NCBI GenBank assembly: GCA_001179505.1
Contig: CDMY01000791.1
Location: 201,880 to 265,879 of the forward strand
Origin: Vitrella brassicaformis CCMP3155
Lineage: Eukaryota > Protista > Chromerida
Length of the DNA stretch: 64,000 bases
Reading direction: 5' to 3'
Shown in pieces: positions 49,927 to 60,535 of this stretch. Numbering within the stretch: the stretch's first letter is position 1; the number at the start of each line of letters is the position of its first letter. A program made the position numbers and the translations under genes. Under the pieces are notes generated by a model. It was not told where the DNA came from. It worked only from the letters and a program-made list of their open reading frames with translations, and made no database searches.

Positions 49927-50600
49927 TCACTCACGCCGTCTGAAGGACAACTCGAGGCTCCACTGTGTGTCGTGTGAACAAGTGTGAAAGCTGCCCACCT
50001 TCCCACCAGGGAATCGTCGGAAATACTCCTTTCTGATCTCACGCAGCACTCCTATGTCGCGGTCCGCAGTTGTGAAGCGAATGGTCAGCTCTCGAATGCC
50101 TCTGACGGTGAGGATGGACTCAACACTTGACAGCACACCAACGCCAGCGCCCGCATTTGCCACTACATACAGACACAGCACATAGTCAGACGAGCCGGGC
50201 ACCTTCACTGTCATTTCCGTCCGGCTTACCGTACAGACGTAGCCGCACGGTTTCGATCTCGGGCAGCTGGTCCTTCTCATTGCCCCACATCAGCTCCTCC
50301 CTGCCCACACCGTCCACATCAGCCGTAATGCTCATCTCGCCGAGCGCCTTCTCTGGCCCAGCCGCCCGAAGCATGGCCACCACATCAGTCGTCGTGACCC
50401 GGGACGAGTCCGATGAGACCGATACCACCGTCACTCTGGATGACGACGTGTCGCTGCCGGCCCTCTCGTCGATCGTCAGGTCGTATTTGGCCGCGTCGTC
50501 GGCACAGCTCGTCCACACACTCCCTTCCCCCTCCAGGTCACCTGTTTTGATCCGCTTGTTCATCTTGGCAGCAGTGCGCTTGGGGAAGAAAAAGATTGTC
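49927..50600 (-). pseudogene. Family A 3' (LRR-like) remnant carrying a family B patch
   Basis: VVAMLRAAGPEKAL...EKDQLPEIETVRLRL and GVLSSVESILTVRGIRELTI resemble 53860-54200 (LISLLRAIGPGKRL...DQLPEVNSLKIRL; TIKPLLQLRGLQKLEL). Confidence 0.55.
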
Positions 50601-51059
50601 GGTTTGAGTGGCGTCAACAGCAGGCCGGCAGCGAGATGACACTCCACTGTCATCACCTGAAGCAGAAGCAGCGTGCATCAATCAATCAATCGTCGGTGCT
50701 CCATTCGCTTCTCTCCCTCTTGTACCTGCTGTGTGCCTCCCTGGGCAGGACGCAGGCCGCTGATTGGACGACGCTGCACGTGGGTGCGCCCTCCTCGCTC
50801 ATCGTGTGCAGACGGCTCCTTTTAACTGCACAACAACGCTCGCCACAGATTCCTCGGCTCTGCACGTGGATGGAACGAGTTCTCCCCTTGAAAGAAAGTA
50901 GCTTGGCGAAAGGTCAACCCTTTTGTCGCTTTCGTTGCGACTGTTCGGCGTTGTTCTTCAGTGGACGTTGTCGAGATCTATGGAAAGGAGGTGTGGCAAC
51001 GGCATTGAAAGGGAAAATGGCTTCTTCAGTGCGAGCTGAAACGAAGGGCCCGGTTTTCC

Positions 51060-51193
51060 TTTCCTCGGCTTTCGGCGCAGTTTTCTCATCAGACTCGTAA
51101 GGGGACTCGCAGAGAGAAGACATCTGGCCAATAATATCAAAAAACGAATGTGCCAGTTCAGAGAAAATCAGCAGTTCGATCCTCACTCGATCG
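51060..51193 (+). repeat. Diverged partial copy of the non-coding module (core only)
   Basis: Matches 32930-33056 and the 58-bp core at 27459 and 55752. Confidence 0.8.
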
Positions 51194-51575
51194 TGGCATT
51201 TTTGGCGCATTTTCGCCTCTTTCAGGGGCTGGTTGTGTGCGGTGAGTGCCACTGAGGGATAACTTGGGGATGACAGGTGTGAACAAGGGGGGAAATTCAG
51301 TGCGAGCTAAAAGTGAGCTCGCAGGGAGGAGGCGGCGCTGCCCTCTGCTCTGTGTGCTCGTCGCTCTTCATCGGAGGTGTCAGGTGAGATTGAATGACAG
51401 GTGAGGACAGTCAACAAGCCATTGCGTTTGTTTGTTCCCATGTTCCTCCTGCAGGACAGTGCTTCTGGACAGCACAGGATGTCTTCTTTTTGTGGCGATG
51501 GCAGTGCTCAGGTGAGGTGAGGCAGGAAGCCTCTCTGCTGCCGGACATGTCATCTCTTCTGCCTCTCCTGTCCAC

Positions 51576-54411
51576 CAGAGACCCGCAATGCGCCTCGACG
51601 AAGTCCATCTCCGGCCATCGCAGGTACTGATCAGTCACGCTATGCACACTGGTGATCTGCGTCTTTCAGAACAACGATGATGAGTACAGAGCGGCGAAGA
51701 CGGATCCCTCAAAGGTCGACGACACATCGCCGCCAGCTGGGAGCTCGTAAGCATCGACGCTCGGTCTCACGTGTGTGTGTGCGCGTACCTGCGTGTGTGT
51801 TTGTAGCTCATCGAGCGATGCAGTGAGCGCACGGCTGCCATCTGACGCCCGTGTCGGCATCCCGCCAGCGACGGAGAAGGACAGCCCGTTGGTGAATCCT
51901 GGAGAGATGCAGACCATCAGATATCAGGTATGAGATACCCTTACCCACACGCGCATTTGACGAACATGTGCATGTGTGTGGTGCTGTGTGTGGTGTGCGC
52001 AGTACGACCCGCGGATTGAGGGCACCTTGTTCCATCTGCACGAGAGGGGCAACAAACCACCTCGCAACGACGGACCGGTGGGCTACCGACACACACACAG
52101 GGGAACATCGATGTTGTGCCTCACACCCATGCGGCTGCGTGCGTCTGTGTGTGCGTGGATTGGTTGTCAGGCTGCGTCTCGCCTGTCGCCTCTGGATCTG
52201 GGCAACATCATCAGCTTCTCGCAGCCGTGGGACCTTTCCCAGCTGTGCCTCAGCACAGACATCGCCAGCCAGGCGCCCATACACCAATGCGCATACCTCG
52301 CCATCGACTGGAGGGACGCGTCCACGCGAGCTGTGTTCCAGCGGATACCCATCCCTGTGGCCCGCCGGCTGGGGCGGCGGCTGATAAACCTCGAGACGCT
52401 GGTGGTGCGCTACCCCATTGGCAGCCCCCTCTGGTGCTTCGACGTGTGGGTCGGTATCGTTGAGGGCCACTTGGAGGGGCACGACGCACTAGCGAGAAAG
52501 GATAATGGCGGCCTGCGACCACCGGTATGTATGTATCATGCGTGCACTCACAGGCAGAGGAGTCAGCAGCACGGCCACTGACAGCACCACGTCACTGTCT
52601 GTCTGTCTGCTGGTGCATCCATCTATCCATGCAGGTGACGCAGGTGGCCATGTCTGTCCGGAGGTTCTTTGTGCAGACCGCCCTGGCCGCCATCCGCCGC
52701 ATCCGGCGCCTCGCCATGTGCCCACACCAGCACAACCAGACCGACGACGACTCCACCCGCACCACTCACGCCCCACACACTGCCACCAGCACATCTCAGG
52801 CGTCCCTACCCATCACCACCGCCACATCAGATGGATGGGCCCTGGTGGGAGAGGGACAGGCCAGCGGCAGCGCCACAGCCACAGCCAATCGGCACCCGTC
52901 AACTGACGGTCGGGCTGTCAAGTCATCCCTCCACACCATCGTCTTCGAGGCGGTCGGGCAGCCGAGTCCTGCAGCATCGCAGTCTCGTCCCCCAGCTACC
53001 ATCACCACAGCCACATCAGATGGATGGGTGCTGGTGGGAAGGGGACAGGACAGCCCAATACCCTACGAACACGTCGCCTCCGACGTCCCTCTTCCGGCCC
53101 ACAGTCGCCCATCCCGCTTCTCTTCCCAGCGGCCCCTCCGCGTCACCATCCCCGCACTCACCACCATCACCGGCCTCCGCAGTGAGCACGCTGGCATCAT
53201 GACCATGAGGAAGTGGCGCACACCCGCACTCGAGCGGGTGACGGGCGACTTCAGCGGCGTGCGTGACACATACGAAGTGTCCTTTATCGGCACGGCTGGT
53301 CGGCTCAAGCACTTCGATGTCTTAGCGGATCCAGCGGTGATTGAGGACGTGCTTTTCCGGGTGTCGCTGGAAAGACGGTCGGGGCGGCTTGCTGCACTCG
53401 AGACCATCGGCACATTCACCGTCAGCTACAGCGATACTTTTGATGGCCCCAATCGAGACACCTGTCGATTAGCGGTGAGGATTAAATCACCATCACCCTG
53501 CCCGAGGATTTGTCGGACATCTCGTCACCCCTCCTCACCGACAGACTACGCCGCATCGCCAGCCGGGCCAAGGAAGTCAAGTGGAGTTACGACCTCCCCC
53601 TGTACGACTCCTCGGACTTCACATTCGACCTCAACTTCACCCAAGCCGAGAGGGTGGTGGCGTTGCAGAGGACTGAGGTGAGAGTCCGTGCCCTTCCAGA
53701 AGTATCCCCTGCCGCTGGTCTGGATACCCTCCCGCCTGATGCATTCCCAGCAGCGACAGAGCTGATTCTGAAGGGTGAAAGGGTGTGGGAGATCGGTGTT
53801 GTGTTGGTGGAGAGGATGCCGAGAATCACGACGCTGACGATCGAGGACACCGGCTTTAAACTCATTTCGCTGCTGCGAGCCATCGGCCCCGGCAAGCGGC
53901 TGCAGGTGTGCGTCAAGGGAAACTTGCTGGACTGTTTAGACGAGGACGCGAGGCACGATGACGACCAGCTGCCAGAGGTCAACTCACTCAAAATCCGTCT
54001 GAAAGGTACGTAAGAAAGGAGAGAGGGGTTAACCAGATGAAGTCTTTGATACGCTGCCCATTTTACGGGTGTGCATTGCATGCAGAACGGTTCTGTCTGG
54101 GAAGAGAGGACGAATATCGCGATGCCACTCATCTTTTCGATGTCGGTGGTCGAGTGGTGACGACCATCAAGCCACTGCTCCAGCTGCGGGGCCTGCAGAA
54201 GCTGGAGCTGTTGGTGCCCCTTCAAGCTGGAGCGGTATCCGAGATGGAGCAGGAGGCGACCCTGGCAGACTGCCGTAGGGACTTCCCCCCTGCACCTGGC
54301 AAGAACGCCGTGACCTTTACCACCGACACCCACATCGATGACCCTGCTGCTTGCAGCCGTTGGCGTGAGTGTGACTATTTCAGGCTCGTTGCCCGCCAGT
54401 ATGGGCCCTAG
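51576..54411 (+). pseudogene. Family A gene (WERMP-like domain, Thr/Ser-rich linker, LRR-like C-terminus), frameshift at ~53485
   Basis: 5' part duplicates 17.55-18.53 kb. The exon from ~52635 reads in frame to VRIK, then shifts to ITITLPEDLSDISSPLLTDRLRRIASRAKEV...; last exon ends RLVARQYGP* at 54411. Confidence 0.6.
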
Positions 54412-55364
54412 CAGGTCAGGCAAACAGTCCAAATCGCTTTCAACCGTGTGACGTGTGTTGATCTCTTCCTGTGCATGCGTCATAGGCCTATCGAAGCACA
54501 TGGACGTCCACACACAGCGATGAGGAGGTCTGGTCTTGTGGGTCTGCCGTCTGCTCGTGCTCTCTGGCTGGATGGCTTACTTACTAAATAGCCAACTAGG
54601 TGTCCATGTGTGCGTCGGTGTCATTCGTTGTTGGATGGGCATGCCTCTGGCCGGTCCTTTGCTGACATGTCGGCTGTGTTCCCTCACTATCGTGTCGTCG
54701 GTCACGTCAGATGACACGCAGGACGGGACGCATCGGCCGACGGCCAGACAGGCCACCAGCAAGGGACCGATCGCAGGCAGACGCATGTATTGAGGTGACT
54801 AGACAGAGAGACCAGTCTACATGCGATCCTTGCTTATGTACATACATGCATACATACATACACACATACATACATACACGTACGTATACATATATGTCTG
54901 TCTGCCCGTCTGCCTGCCTGCCTGCCTGTTTGTGTCGTCTCCGCAAGGGCCGCGGACAGAGAGGGTAGCCGACGTCGGTTTTCCTTCTGGGCATCCCAGA
55001 CCCGCAACGTGTATGTCTTCCCTCCTGCTGCCTCTCCGACGACAGAACGACATGTCCACACGTTATTTAAGTCATCCACCGATGGCCATCCATCCCTCCC
55101 TCCCTCGCCCCCCTCTGTGCAGCCAGCAGCTCTAACATCCTCTTTTCCCTTGTTTCCTTTCCTTTATCGTGGGTAGGTGGATGGATGGATGGATGCGTGT
55201 GGTGGTGCGGCCTCTTGTTTTTCGCCGTGTCGTCGATGTGATGTGTGCAGATGAGTGGTGGGGCGTGTATGGCGTTCGTGCTTGTCCTTGCATACAAACC
55301 AACGGATATTCTTCCCATGAGACCGTGTCGCACTGTGGATGGACGTGTGTATGCAGCCTGCTCT

Positions 55365-56140
55365 GTGCCTTGATCATCGTTATGTGTGCGATGCTCCCGC
55401 CTCCATTTGTCCCTTCCGCCGTCAGTCACCGAGGTATGAGCTGAAAGGATCTGAACAGAAAGCAACACAGCACAGTGGCGACGAGCGTTAGTTGCTTTCG
55501 GTGCTCAAGGCCCTCGCTGCTTTCTCACATCCACCTCACACATCTCATCTCACCTTTGGCACTTAAGTCCTTCGAGTACAATCCTTCCAGTGCGACGCAT
55601 CCTTCGCCAGTAGCCAAGAAAACAGGAAGGTGATCTCCGAGCTTTGCAAGCTCAAGGAACCAGGGCGAAAATCGCTTTCTCGGCTTTGCCCAGCCAATTT
55701 TCCTCTCTGAATGTGTACGAGGCGACGCACTGAAGGAACTCAGCCGATAAAATCAGAAAACGAATTTGCCACTGTTGAGAAAATCAGCCGTTCGATCCTC
55801 ACTCGATCGGCTTCTGCGGCCGCTGCCGAGGGCCTGTTGGGCTGCCCGGGGGGCTGGGGGACCTCTTGACGGCCGCCGTGACCGGCAAGAAAGGCAAAAA
55901 GACGAAGGCAATGAGTCCCCTTCGCCATCAGCACACTCGGCTGGGGTGTGTGTGAGTGCGGTGGCGTCAAGTATCGGCACGTATGCATAGCGCTGTGCAG
56001 TGCGGTCAGCACGGCGGAGGTCTGGCAAGTCACGTCAACACAATGAAGACAGCACCGAGTGCAATGGGCGACATGGTGTGTCTTGGAAGGATGGAACACA
56101 CACTGCTGGGGCCCAGATCTGTCTGTCTGTCTGTCTGTCT
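55365..56140 (+). repeat. Dispersed non-coding module, copy 3
   Basis: Near-identical to 27076-27850, with a 14-nt insertion at ~55578. Confidence 0.85.
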
Positions 56141-56229
56141 GTCACACGCGTCCATATACAACAAACGAAGCGAAAAGAAGCCCAAAAAGAATTCTTCCAT
56201 GCACCCACACATGCGACATGTGCCCATGC

Positions 56230-59200
56230 CTTCCATACAAAGTGAAGGCACGCCAAGCCCCGACTGCTCTCTGATGAACTCCCGGACCTGACCGAACGTG
56301 TAATTCGCCATCGTCTTGCCACTTGATGAGCTCAGGATTGGCCAGCACTTCGGCAAGCTCGCCACCCTCCTTGACGTAGACCGGCCCCCGGACGGTCCTC
56401 TCCTCATCAACAGCGGCCGACGCGACGATCCCAGTGTTCTGGTTGAATGCAACGACGCCCAGCTCTTCACTGGTCCACTCGGGCGTCAGCTGCGGCGCGT
56501 CTTCTTCTGTGGGGAACTCCAGACCCGCGAAGGAAGGGCTGGCCAACGAATCCCCATCATGTCGTCCGTCACGCCGAGAAAGGCTCCGAGGGCCGCCATG
56601 GGGCTGTCTCCCCCGGATGGGTTGAGAGGGGGAAGATTCTGAGCGTCGATGAGGCCGATAAGGGAGGTTTCCTCCTCTGATATGAGCTCGAAGAAAGCCG
56701 CCGGGTCCTCGGGGGGAGGGATCGGGAGCTCTCCTGGTGTCCCGGTCGGGATGGCAAGTCGCCAAAAATCTGGCGGGCCAGGCGGCTCTTTCGCCCCCTC
56801 CTCTGGCAGCAGGCCCAGGGGGTCCTTGGGGAGGCCCTTCGAGTCTTCCTTGGATGGCGGCCCTGTGGGGAAGAGATCTGGTAGCTCTGGTGCCTCCTTG
56901 GCTGGCTCTTTTTCGGGGATGACGACGGCTTGCCAGCCAGCCGGTGGCCTTGCGCTTTCGCCGCGCCCTAGCCGCCGCCTCCTTGCCTGTCTCGCTGATT
57001 GTTGTGGAAGCAGGGAAGGCTGGTTGCTCTGCGGCAGCTTGTTGAGGACATCCGGGCTTGTTGACCGAAGGGCTGGGATGGAGGGGCAGGTAATAAGCCT
57101 GGTGTGGAGAAGGTACGGGACAACGCCGTTCCACCGACAAAGCTTGGGCAGCCTGGAACATAGGACGCCGCACGATACGCCGCACTGACAGACAGTTAGG
57201 GGCACAAGTGTCATTGCTTGTAAGGCGATCGATGGGCTGGTAGGTTTCTCCCTCTTTACTGCCTCGTACCAGTTTGACGTCGATTGCGGCTGTCAGTAGG
57301 CATCCATCCTTGATGAGCTCGACGGGCGCGCATTTGTCATTCTTGGCTTGGTACTCAAGCGGCGCCTCCTCGCAGTGTGACCGCCCTGCGTCCGTGTGGT
57401 CCACCTCCATCCAATCGTTGCACTTTGGCCTTATCTTGACCTGCAATGCTTCGACTTGCAGCAGGCGCCTGCGTCTCCCTGCGTCTCCCTTAACAGGGGG
57501 CTGGTTGTCCATATTATAGTCACCGAGGCACCGAACACCGATGCTCATCCGACGGATTCCACATCATCGGTTGTTTGGATCTTGAGTGCATCGTCGAGCC
57601 CCCCGTTGATCTGCGCCAGGAATGGGTAGTCTTCGATCGGATGGGCCCCCGGCTGCTCCATGATAGTTTCAGAGAACTGATTCAGCAGCAGACCGGCACC
57701 GGTCATGGCCCGCCTGGCCCTCGTCGGAGCCGAAGGCTTCTGCCACCGGCCCTCTCCGTCTCCGGCCTCGCCATTGGCCGCCTGGACAGTGACCTCCCAT
57801 GTCGCCAGAATTTGGTGCAAGCCACGGGAGTCACGGTCTGCTGGCAGACGGACTTGCAGGCGGCTGCTGTGTTGAAGGCCGTCGGTCTGTCGATGACAGG
57901 GCCGCCGTCCAGTACAGTGTTGCCCGCAAAGCATTTCACACAACCTGACACGCATAACCAGACGCACCGCAGACGATGTCAACGATGCCGGCCGATGAAG
58001 TTGTCTGCTTGCTCACCTTGTGGTGCGGCTCCATTCGCGGCGACGAGTGCGCTGACCAATGCTGCAGTCGGATCCTTCTGCTGTCCCACTTGCTGCCCTG
58101 TCCGGCACTAATGGCGCCTGCCATTTGCCCCGCCAGCTGTGCACCGGCGCCAATGATGAGAACACCCTGCAAGTGGCGTCTTCTTACGTCTCTGGCCGAC
58201 TCTTTGTGCCGCTGAAAGTTGAACCAGGACTGTGCGTAGTCGTTGAAGAGAGGCATCGCGGGATCCTGCCCTGGCGTGAAGATGCGGCGGTTGCCGCTGA
58301 GGAGGGAGGCGAGAAGCATGTCGGGCGCTGCCATGTCGCGAGGCTGGTGCTTGTGTAGGTGGTCTGTTGGCCGGATGAATCCAGAGTGAGCAGACTGTCA
58401 GGAACCCACTGCAAGTTCCGCGTGATGGAGGGCATGTTCGTGTAGTCTGTCGGCTTCCCAGTCGCCGCATCGATGGTGCACACACAGAGGAGGGCCGCAC
58501 CATGTCATCCTTGAGGCTGACTGGTGTCTTGGAGCCTTGCAGGGTGGGCAGTGCGGTCGACTGGAGCTGCGGCTGAATGCCTTCGTTCCCGCACGGGATG
58601 AAGAATACGTGGCCGAAATGCGATGCCCTCTGCATGGCCGTCTTGAGGATGTGGGGTCGTCTTTGGCCTGCTGTGTGTGACGAGGGAAAGTCGCCGAATT
58701 CGAGGGCGAGGTACACCACAGATGTCCTCTGCTGAACAGAGTATTCGATGGGCGCCAGCACATCAGCAATCAGCAAGGTCGAATCCAAGGGCGATGTGGT
58801 CGTGTCCTTGGTGTCGACCTCGCTGTCACAGTTGCCGGCATAGAGCACTCCCGCCGGTGTGTCGTGGGTACCCACGCTGCTGGCGAGCGCCTTTGTTTCG
58901 CTATAGCCACTTCCGCCCTTCTGTAGAGGCCTTGTGACTTCGTACGCGAGGAAGTCGTCCACGAATCCGTTGTCGTCATCGTCGTGCTGGGGGCGGGGGG
59001 AAGACGGGTGGAGACGGGGGGGAGGGGGGAAGCAGAGGGAAAGGGAAGGGGAAGCAGTGGACGACTGGCAGAGCGGCAGGTTGCAGTGCACACGTTCCTC
59101 GAGAGAAACGAATGCTTCAAGCAAACGCTCCTTGAAAGAAGCGAATGCGGCAAACGTTCCTTCGAAGAAACGAATGCTCAATGCAAACGGCCCTTTAAAG

Positions 59201-59386
59201 AGCCGAATGCCTGAAAGCCGCTCAGGGGGCGAGAGCCTCCGGGGGGATGGGATCCACCTCCGGAGTCAACTCGAAGTAGTAGACCAGCTGCCAGTCGCCA
59301 CTCAACGCTCCCAGTTTCCCCAGGCCCGGGTCGTCGATCTGGTATCTCCATCCCGACTCCTTGTCCCGGGTGAAACGATACTCCCA
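56230..59386 (-). pseudogene. Subtilisin-like (S8) protease pseudogene with downstream PAN/apple-like domain, Cys-containing segment and Pro-rich tail
   Basis: Motifs in S8 order: IDDPGLGKLGAL...W (59386-59258), HDDDDNGFVDDF (from 58986), GTHDTPAGVLYAG, ILKTAMQRASHFGHVFFIPCGNEG, LLCVCTIDAATGKPTDYTN, YTSTSLAT/..AAPDMLLASLL. Then GCVKCFAGNTVLDGG...AAACKSVCQQ..ACTKFW (PAN-like). At least 6 single-base frameshifts. Confidence 0.75.
59088..59210 (-). repeat. Array of four 28-bp imperfect palindromes (units 59088-59115, 59121-59148, 59150-59177, 59183-59210)
   Basis: Consensus GCAAACGNYCCTYNRRAGARNCGAATGC, linkers of 5, 1 and 5 nt; compensatory changes at three stem positions. Confidence 0.9.
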
Positions 59387-59489
59387 CTGCAGACAACCAC
59401 CCATCCATCCAGGCACACGCAAAAGAAGATAAGGCGAGAAGTATACATCCATCTGTCTGTCTGTCTGTCTAGCTCAGTATCAGCCTTTG

Positions 59490-60140
59490 TCAGTACCGCC
59501 GTCACCCTCTTCTCGTCGCCGTCGTGCAGCACGCAAACTTCCCGTCGCGGTGGACGGTGGGTCCAGGGTGCCGCGGAGCCGCCGTGGGGGATGCCGTCAG
59601 AAATCTGGCAGACATGCGCAGAACAGGTTGAATCCGATGGGCTCTTCATCTATCTCATGGATGCCTCCCCGCCGGGCCCGCTTTGCTGCGTGTGCTTACG
59701 TCTCTCTTTGGCTGCTCGCACCACATCCACCCCTTGTCGGCCCCGACGAAGCCCTCCGGCACCGGCGCGCAGGTGCCGACCGGCACGAGCTCCTCCTCCC
59801 GCTCCCACCGCCGCCGCTTGTCCTCCTTGCCCGTCCCCCGTCCCCACCTCGCCTTTCGCCTGACACGCACAACACAACACGACACAACCCGACACAACCC
59901 GGTCTCTCCCTGTGCCCCAAGCGTCTCTCTTGCTTTCCTCACTGAGTGCGGAAGAGCTGTCTTGTCATGGGTTCGTCGAACTGCGTGGCCCAGAGGCCGT
60001 GGTCGCTCGCCGTGTTGCCCATTCTCCTGTCTGCCGTCTCCCCTTGGGGGCTGGTCCCCAGAGCGAAGCTCGCCGCGGACAGCATGACTGTTGTGACGGC
60101 TCTCGCTGCCTCACATCCTCCCCTCGAGGAATGGGAAAGA
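59490..60140 (-). pseudogene. Upstream exons of unknown identity, possibly the subtilase prodomain
   Basis: Coding-like exons (LWATQFDEPMTRQLFRT; WEREEELVPVGTCAPVPEGFVGADKGWMWCEQPKRD) on the same strand directly 5' of the subtilase exons; frame continuity not established. Confidence 0.3.
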
Positions 60141-60535
60141 TAAGGCAACGGATGCTTTGATCTCCCCTTCACGGTCATTTACTGTGCCAGATCTGCCCAC
60201 CTGCAATGAGTCATTGTGTGGCCCTGACTGATGGTGCGACGCTTGATGCTCCTTCCGCCACACACATGGCGACAAGAAGGGTGCACTGGCCGACTCAAAT
60301 TGACTCCTGAGGTCGACTCCTTGAGGCGGGAGCTAGAAGCAGCTTCGAATCGCACTTCTGAGCTCGCATTCTACGGCTCCGTTGATCTGTTTTTCTGTGA
60401 GCCTTCCGCGACGTCGGCTCAGCGGCAGGCGAGGCGGGGAGGGAAAAGGAGCGACTGAATTCCGTCGGATGATGTTCGTGACCATGGAAGCGATTAGCAT
60501 CGGCGGAGAGTAGGACAGGACAACGGGGCCTAACG

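Noticed and set aside
29621-54085. ApiAP2-type TGCATGCA sites (about 29621, 49865, 54078)
   Set aside because: About three hits in 64 kb is near chance expectation, with no positional pattern.
59088-59210. CRISPR array, heat-shock element or SECIS interpretation of the palindrome array
   Set aside because: Spacers are only 1-5 nt and there are no cas genes (eukaryote). GAA/TTC triplets are not in alternating nGAAn register. There is no AUGA/GA kink-turn, and readthrough of the TGA at 59222 would add only about 8 codons.
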